Assembly (NCBI GenBank): GCA_038106445.1
Contig: JAYODU010000003.1
Coordinates: 120,929-184,928, forward strand
Reading direction: 5' to 3'
Length of the DNA stretch: 64,000 nt
Origin: Kordiimonadaceae bacterium
GTDB lineage: Bacteria; Pseudomonadota; Alphaproteobacteria; Sphingomonadales; Emcibacteraceae
The notes under the pieces were generated by a model. It had not been told where the DNA came from. It made no database searches and saw nothing but the letters and a program-made list of their open reading frames with translations. This document shows positions 58,170 through 64,000 of the stretch, piece after piece; within the stretch, counting starts at the first letter, position 1, and each line of letters begins with the position of its first letter. The translations under genes were made by a program, and so were the position numbers.

Positions 58170-59234
58170 GTGAGTTATAAAGAAATAAATTCACGAAGCG
58201 AGATATCAATGCAAATTTCAAATATGCAAAAAGAAATTAACGAGATTCCGGAAGCTTTGGAAAGGCTGATTGAAAAAACTGAACCGGATATCGTTGATGC
58301 AGCTAATGAAATTCGTGCCATTAATCCCGGATTGGTTACGACGGTGGCAAGGGGATCATCTGATCACGCCAGTTTATACCTGAAATATGCTATTGAATGT
58401 TTTGCTGGCATTCCTGTTGCGTCCCTTGGCCCATCAGTAACATCAATATATAAAAAACAGCTTTCACTGCCGCGAAGTGTGAATATTGCCATTTCACAAT
58501 CAGGGCAAAGTCCCGATATCGTTGAAACTGCAAGCATGGCGAAAAAGGGTGGGGCATTTAATATCGCAATTACAAATAATGTTTCTTCTCCCCTGGCAAA
58601 GGAATGCAAGTATGTGTTCAATATTAATGCCGGTGAAGAAAAAAGTGTTGCCGCGACCAAAACATTTGTGACATCAATATTTGCCGGGCTTTTGTTATTA
58701 GCACACTGGAAACAGGATGCTGAACTTCTGCGTAGCCTTAAAGGATTTCCATTACTTGCCAACCGTGCCCTTGAATGTGATTGGTCACCGCTCTTAGTGC
58801 ATTGTGAAAAACTGTCATCACTTTATGTTCTGGGTAGGGGGCCTGCCATGGCCATCGCGCTTGAGGCAGCCTTAAAGTTTAAGGAAACATGCCAAATTCA
58901 TGCTGAAGCCTTTAGCTCAGCCGAAGTTATGCACGGGCCAAAATCGATCATTGGTGATGATTTTACGGTACTTGCGCTCGCTGCGCGGGACGTATCGGAA
59001 AAGTCAATAATTGATGTAGCAAATCAATTATCAACACAGGGTGCAAAAATTTATGCCACGACAGATCAGAAGATAAAGGCTGAAAAATTACCCTTTACTG
59101 CATCCGGATATTCACTTACAGATCCACTTTTGCTTATTATAAGTTATTATAAATTTGTTGAACAATTAGCCAGAATTAAAGGATTAAACCCGGATAACCC
59201 GCCAAATTTAAAGAAAGTGACAGAAACCGTATAA
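58170..59234 (+). CDS. SIS-domain sugar-phosphate isomerase/deaminase (GlmS C-terminal-like, NagB-II-like)
   Basis: Two SIS domains (ARGSSDHAS...ISQSGQSPD..., GRGP....ALEAALKFKE). C-terminus NPPNLKKVTETV resembles the GlmS tail. The start is uncertain: GTG 58170, ATG 58209 or ATG 58224. Confidence 0.7.
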   Translation: MSYKEINSRSEISMQISNMQKEINEIPEALERLIEKTEPDIVDAANEIRAINPGLVTTVARGSSDHASLYLKYAIECFAGIPVASLGPSVTSIYKKQLSLPRSVNIAISQSGQSPDIVETASMAKKGGAFNIAITNNVSSPLAKECKYVFNINAGEEKSVAATKTFVTSIFAGLLLLAHWKQDAELLRSLKGFPLLANRALECDWSPLLVHCEKLSSLYVLGRGPAMAIALEAALKFKETCQIHAEAFSSAEVMHGPKSIIGDDFTVLALAARDVSEKSIIDVANQLSTQGAKIYATTDQKIKAEKLPFTASGYSLTDPLLLIISYYKFVEQLARIKGLNPDNPPNLKKVTETV

Positions 59235-59280
59235 GGCTTTACACTGCACTTAAAATAAAATTTGGGGAAGGAAAATTACG

Positions 59281-60792
59281 ATGGGATCCATATTAAAAAA
59301 TATTGTTATAATTTTTGTCATTCTTTTATCGGCTGCAATCGCTGCTGCGCAGGAAAGTGAAAGCCGTGACAGAGAAGTTCAGAACATGCCTATTCCTGAT
59401 AACCCTGCCAAATTTGTCACAGAACATCAGATGCGCATCAACGGTGAAAATGTATCCTATACCGCGACAGCGCAGGAAACGCTGATGTACGACGAAAAAA
59501 CCGATGAAGTTACCGGCGTCATGTGGAATGTGTCCTATGTTCGTACCGATAACGGCGCCGGTGAAAATCGTCCAGTGATGTTTATTTTTAATGGTGGTCC
59601 GGGGTCTTCTTCTGTGTGGCTTCATATGGGTGTGTTCGGCCCGAAAAGGGTGATACTTGATGATGATGCAACCGATGACGGGGCAGCACCATTTGATCTT
59701 CGTGATAACCCGTTGAGTCTTCTTGATTTGGCAGATATGGTTATAATTGATCCTATCGGGGTTGGATATTCACGCACATTGGGTAAATCTGATGGAAAAG
59801 ATGTCTGGGGTGTGGAAGAAGATGCAAAATCCGTCGGGAATTTTATCTATCGCTGGCTTACGGAAAATAACCGCTGGCAATCACCAAAATATCTGGCTGG
59901 TGAAAGTTACGGTACAACACGTGCAGCCGCGCTGATTGGTGAACTTGAAGGCGGGTGGACGGATGTTGCCTTTAATGGTGTCATTTTAATTTCGTCAATT
60001 CTGGATTTTAATCTGGAAGATACACGGCATTCCCATATCTTTGGATATTTAAGCTATCTGCCGACAATGGCGGCAACAAGCTGGTATCATAATCTTGTGC
60101 CGAACCGTCCGGATAATATTGAGAATTTCTTAAAAGAAGTACGCACCTTTACCATTGATGAATATGCGCCGGCACTTCTTAAAGGGGCCTCACTTCCCGC
60201 CGGGGAAAGACAACGGATAATCGATAAACTTCATGAATTTACGGGGCTTTCAAAAGAATATCTGGATTTAAATGACCTTAGGGTTACAGCAGCGCTTTAT
60301 CGTAGTGAAGTAATGCGGAGCGAGCGTAAAGCTGTTGGCCGTCTTGACGGACGCTTTATCATCAATGAACGCGAAGGCAACAACCGCACTTATTCTTATG
60401 ATCCATCATCCGCAGGGATTGATGCGGCCTATACGGCCGGGCTAATGCATTATATGCGTAATGATCTTGGTGTGACCGGAATTCACCGCGAATATAATAT
60501 CCTTGGCGGTATTGGTCGCTGGAACTGGCCGGAAGGACGAAATGGCACCAATGTTGCGCCACTTCTTGCCCAGGGGCAGGCAGAAAACAAAGATTTGCGT
60601 ATCTATGTTACCAATGGATATTACGATATGGCAACCCCGTTTCATGGTACGGAAATGACATTCAACCAGTATGGTTTTGATATGTCACGGGTGCAAATGA
60701 GTTATTTTGAAGTGGGTCATATGATTTACATCCACGGACCGTCGTTAGAAAAAATGACCAGCGAAATGCGTGAATTTGTAAAAAACAACTAG
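59281..60792 (+). CDS. peptidase S10 family serine carboxypeptidase, secreted
   Basis: Signal ending AAAQ. NGGPGSSS. Catalytic Ser context YLAGESYGT. His near the C-terminus (VGHMIY). Confidence 0.8.
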   Translation: MGSILKNIVIIFVILLSAAIAAAQESESRDREVQNMPIPDNPAKFVTEHQMRINGENVSYTATAQETLMYDEKTDEVTGVMWNVSYVRTDNGAGENRPVMFIFNGGPGSSSVWLHMGVFGPKRVILDDDATDDGAAPFDLRDNPLSLLDLADMVIIDPIGVGYSRTLGKSDGKDVWGVEEDAKSVGNFIYRWLTENNRWQSPKYLAGESYGTTRAAALIGELEGGWTDVAFNGVILISSILDFNLEDTRHSHIFGYLSYLPTMAATSWYHNLVPNRPDNIENFLKEVRTFTIDEYAPALLKGASLPAGERQRIIDKLHEFTGLSKEYLDLNDLRVTAALYRSEVMRSERKAVGRLDGRFIINEREGNNRTYSYDPSSAGIDAAYTAGLMHYMRNDLGVTGIHREYNILGGIGRWNWPEGRNGTNVAPLLAQGQAENKDLRIYVTNGYYDMATPFHGTEMTFNQYGFDMSRVQMSYFEVGHMIYIHGPSLEKMTSEMREFVKNN

Positions 60793-60810
60793 CAAAATTA
60801 AGGGGGTAAC

Positions 60811-61464
60811 GTGGAAAACACAAGAAGAATGCTATTAGTGGGTATAGTTATGCCCATATTTTACTTTATCGTATTATACGGGTTTGCACTGATTAATCCG
60901 GACTATAAAAGCTTTACACAATTTCCCAGCGAAATTGGTGCAATAGGCGCACCTTATCGATATGGGAATATATTTAATATTTGTGTTATCATAACCGGCA
61001 TGATGGGTGTAGTTGCAGGTGTGGGGCTATATCGCGGGATGATTGATTTAAGGCTTTCTGCTTTATTTGCGGTTATTTCTGCGCTTACATTGATTATGCC
61101 ATCAATAAATATGATCATGTCGGGTGTATTTCCCTTACCACATGATTATCATTCATTGCTGGAAGTCATTTTCCCTGTATTTTTTGCATCACTGATGGCT
61201 GGACTGATCGCAAAGAAATTGGAGAAATCAAAAGCCGTTATATGGCTTCTTTATTTATGTTTTCCTGTCAATATAGTCATATTCGCCGGTGTGCCGGGAC
61301 TAGGGGAATATTTGCCACTGAGCATGGTTGGTTTTTGGGCAAGTGTATGGGTCACTATAATCATGGTAATATCCGGATATTTGTGCTGGCTGGTTCTTGA
61401 AAAAATAAAAAATTCAATTAAATTTGACCCTTCATCAATGACTGATAAAGTCACTAACAATTAA
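60811..61464 (+). CDS. hypothetical polytopic membrane protein
   Basis: 217 aa with six hydrophobic spans and a GTG start. No motif that I can name with confidence. Confidence 0.45.
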   Translation: MENTRRMLLVGIVMPIFYFIVLYGFALINPDYKSFTQFPSEIGAIGAPYRYGNIFNICVIITGMMGVVAGVGLYRGMIDLRLSALFAVISALTLIMPSINMIMSGVFPLPHDYHSLLEVIFPVFFASLMAGLIAKKLEKSKAVIWLLYLCFPVNIVIFAGVPGLGEYLPLSMVGFWASVWVTIIMVISGYLCWLVLEKIKNSIKFDPSSMTDKVTNN

Positions 61465-61473
61465 AGGTTTGCT

Positions 61474-62142
61474 ATGATTGATCTCTATACTGCAAGAACA
61501 CCGAATGGCTTTAAAATAACAGTCATGCTCGAAGAATTGGGGCTTGATTATACCGTTCATCACCTAAAACTTATGGAAAATGAACAAAAGGAACCATGGT
61601 TTTTGAAAATTAATCCGAATGGCAGAATCCCAGCTATTGTTGATCGGGGAAATGATGACTTTGCAGTGTTTGAAAGCGGAGCCATCATGATTTATCTTGC
61701 GGAAAAAACAGGAAAGCTGATGCCTTCGGATGAAAAAGGACGTAGCCGCGTCATGCAATGGCTTATGTTTCAAATGGGAGGGATCGGCCCGATGATGGGG
61801 CAGGCCAATGTTTTTTACCGTTATTTTCCGGAAAAATATCAACCCGCTATCGACCGTTACCAAAATGAAAGCAGGCGTCTGTTTGAAGTTCTGGACGGTC
61901 ATCTGGCTCATCATGAATGGCTTGCGGATGATTATTCTATTGCAGATATCGCCAATTGGTGCTGGGTGAGGGGCCATGAATGGGGTGGTATATCGGTTGA
62001 TGGGCTTGATCATTTGCAGCGCTGGATGATTGATATGGCGGCGCGCCCTGCCTGCGCCAAAGGGGTTAACATTCCGCCAGAAGAAATAAAGCTAGACAAT
62101 GACAAGCGTGCCAAAGAAATATTCAAGATGGTTCAAAAATAG
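61474..62142 (+). CDS. glutathione S-transferase family protein (YfcG/YghU-like Nu class)
   Basis: N-terminal thioredoxin-like domain [17 protein letters not shown]......[23 protein letters not shown] and [12 protein letters not shown]. Confidence 0.8.
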   Translation: MIDLYTARTPNGFKITVMLEELGLDYTVHHLKLMENEQKEPWFLKINPNGRIPAIVDRGNDDFAVFESGAIMIYLAEKTGKLMPSDEKGRSRVMQWLMFQMGGIGPMMGQANVFYRYFPEKYQPAIDRYQNESRRLFEVLDGHLAHHEWLADDYSIADIANWCWVRGHEWGGISVDGLDHLQRWMIDMAARPACAKGVNIPPEEIKLDNDKRAKEIFKMVQK

Positions 62143-62155
62143 AGGTAAGCAAAAA

Positions 62156-63238
62156 ATGCGTATCGTAATTATGGCTTTTTTATTTAACCTGTGTTGTACC
62201 TATGCCGTTGCGCAGGTCACGATACCTTCGGACCAGGACCTTCAAGAACTGGATAATAAAATCGAAGCCTATATGGCGGAAAATAATATTCCAGGTGGTC
62301 TTATCGCTGTGGCAAGCAAGGGTGAAATACTTGCGCTTCGCACATATGGGAAATCAAATGTGGAACTGGATGTGGATGTCGCGCCGGACCATGTTTTTGA
62401 AATTGGTTCTATCAGCAAACAGTTTGTCGTTGCGGCCGCCATGATGCAGGTTGAGGAAGGAAAGCTTGATCTGAATGATCCGATCCATAAATATCTTCCG
62501 AACCTTCCCAGTGACTGGACCGGAATAACCGTAAAGCAGCTTTTTAACCACACATCCGGCATTCCCGATTACGAGGAAATTTATACATATGATATTTACC
62601 GCCTGCGAGTAACACCGGAAGACGTGATCAAGATTGCAAATGGCCGTCCCATGGATTTTGCACCTGGACAGGGCTGGTATTATTCCAATACGGGGCATTA
62701 TCTGGCTAGTATGATTGTTGAACGTGTTGATGGTATGCCGATCGGCAAGGTTTTAAAGAAAAGGATATTTGATCCATTGGGAATGACACAAACACGTTTT
62801 GCTGACCCGGAAGCGATTATCAAAGGCCGTGTCGAAGGATACTGGGTCAATAAAAGCGGGGAACTGATTAACCGTAATGCGACCGAAACGTCATCAACAC
62901 TTGGTGCAGGTGGGCTTTTATCATCAGCGGCTGATCTTGCTAAATGGGATGCTGCACTTTATGGAAACGCGCTTTTAAGCGAAGCATCAAAGAAAACAAT
63001 GTGGGAAAGCACTATTCTGCCTAATGGGACAAATACCTATTATGCTCTTGGATGGGATGTGGAGCCGGATCGTGGAATGGAAAACACCAGCCACGGCGGT
63101 CAAGTTGCCGGATTTGTTGCCTATTTCGCGCGCTATGTGGAAAAGGAGGTATCCTTCATAGTCTTCATGAACCGGTACCGCGTCAGCAGCCGCACCGTGA
63201 AAGACATGATGCTTGATACCTTTATGCCTGATAGTTGA
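62156..63238 (+). CDS. beta-lactamase-fold serine hydrolase, secreted
   Basis: The start was chosen at ATG 62156 (MRIVIMAFLFNLCCTYAVAQ signal). SxxK (GSISKQF), YxN (YYSNTG), HGG near the C-terminus. Confidence 0.75.
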   Translation: MRIVIMAFLFNLCCTYAVAQVTIPSDQDLQELDNKIEAYMAENNIPGGLIAVASKGEILALRTYGKSNVELDVDVAPDHVFEIGSISKQFVVAAAMMQVEEGKLDLNDPIHKYLPNLPSDWTGITVKQLFNHTSGIPDYEEIYTYDIYRLRVTPEDVIKIANGRPMDFAPGQGWYYSNTGHYLASMIVERVDGMPIGKVLKKRIFDPLGMTQTRFADPEAIIKGRVEGYWVNKSGELINRNATETSSTLGAGGLLSSAADLAKWDAALYGNALLSEASKKTMWESTILPNGTNTYYALGWDVEPDRGMENTSHGGQVAGFVAYFARYVEKEVSFIVFMNRYRVSSRTVKDMMLDTFMPDS

Positions 63239-63241
63239 TCT

Positions 63242-63730
63242 TTACTCTATGATCATTTCTGCATTAGGAAGCCAGGCGAAGATTTCGATATCATACCCTT
63301 CTGTATCATAAAAATGAACGGATCTGACCGGGGTACGTGTACCGTCACTTGGCGGGGCATATATATTCACATTATGGGATTTTAAATATTCGTACCATCT
63401 GTCCACATCTTTTGTGTAAGGAACAATGAAACTAAAGCCCATATCTTTGTTGTTCAGTTCAACATCGGGTGCAGCTGCATGATCCATAAGACCAATGGCG
63501 GCACCTGAGGTTACCTGAAATACGCGGGTAATATCACGGTGATATGATTTTTTAAGCCCCAAGATATTTACATAAAAATCTTCGGCCGCTTCCACGTCAC
63601 TATAAAAGGCGAAAGTGATCAGGCCAGACAGAGGGATATCAGTAGAAGTCTGTTGTAAAGCTGTCGGTGGCTCTTGTGCAAGAGTAGAAAATGGAACAAT
63701 AAATAAGAGGACTGCCATAATATGTTTCAT
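63242..63730 (-). CDS. VOC (glyoxalase/bleomycin-resistance/dioxygenase) family protein, secreted
   Basis: Signal ending TLAQ. Paired beta-alpha-beta-beta-beta pattern (FYVNILGLK..., VHFYDTEGYDIEIF). Confidence 0.6.
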   Translation of the reverse strand: MKHIMAVLLFIVPFSTLAQEPPTALQQTSTDIPLSGLITFAFYSDVEAAEDFYVNILGLKKSYHRDITRVFQVTSGAAIGLMDHAAAPDVELNNKDMGFSFIVPYTKDVDRWYEYLKSHNVNIYAPPSDGTRTPVRSVHFYDTEGYDIEIFAWLPNAEMIIE

Positions 63731-63742
63731 TTTATTACCCCT

Positions 63743-64000
63743 TTATTCATCGTTTTTCGCGTAAACGACCTTTTTATATTCCTGCCACCCAAACCAGATC
63801 ATGGTTGCTCCAATCGGCACCACAATCCCGGCTGCGATGGCCAGTGAATAGCGGATCATTTCCGTGTTTTCATTAAACAGATATGTTGTCAATGTTCCCG
63901 GTATCACGGGCCCAAGTCCGGTTGCAACAATGCCGATGAATACAAAATAAAGCGCTGTAAACTGGCCGCGCATCTGATTGGGCACAGACATTCTGATCAT
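63743..64000 (-). CDS. MFS-type transporter, C-terminal part (gene continues beyond the right edge of the window)
   Basis: The frame is open to the window end. The last helices carry the MFS-like loop VPNQMRGQFTALYF. Confidence 0.55.
   Translation of the reverse strand: MIRMSVPNQMRGQFTALYFVFIGIVATGLGPVIPGTLTTYLFNENTEMIRYSLAIAAGIVVPIGATMIWFGWQEYKKVVYAKNDE

Overview
This is an AT-rich chromosomal segment (about 40% GC by eye, not computed) from an alphaproteobacterium, probably a free-living marine one. The lineage call rests on a GcrA cell-cycle regulator, alpha-type AddB/AddA, and several gene-order blocks I recall as typical of the class: amgK/murU-addB-addA-trxA, serB/miaA-ilvIH-ilvC, argD-argF-hslO next to gcrA, and a two-CSD cold-shock protein followed by DUF192. 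I can support about 55 protein genes, one tRNA-Pro(UGG), a complete Pho-regulated oprP-like porin plus pstSCAB-phoU locus, and several rho-independent terminators. I found no rRNA, no CRISPR, and no recognisable transposase, integrase, phage or defence genes. The most unusual feature is a 8.5-kb tandem array of seven co-oriented paralogs of a HisC-like PLP aminotransferase (8457-16939, minus strand). Every copy carries a textbook twin-arginine (Tat) signal peptide, which implies a battery of periplasmic transaminases of unknown substrate. A second paralog cluster encodes three secreted gamma-glutamyltransferases plus a secreted Sel1-repeat protein (30492-36734). Together with a lipoprotein amidase, an S10 carboxypeptidase, two beta-lactamase-fold serine hydrolases, a GGCT-like protein, a GST and an alanine/glycine:cation symporter, the window reads as heavy investment in extracytoplasmic processing of organic nitrogen. 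The window also holds at least six gene remnants: two in-frame stops, two chimeric deletion scars, two truncations and one homopolymer frameshift. One of the scars lies directly beside the tRNA-Pro gene. All functional calls come from motif recognition by eye; no database search, signal-peptide predictor or alignment program was run.
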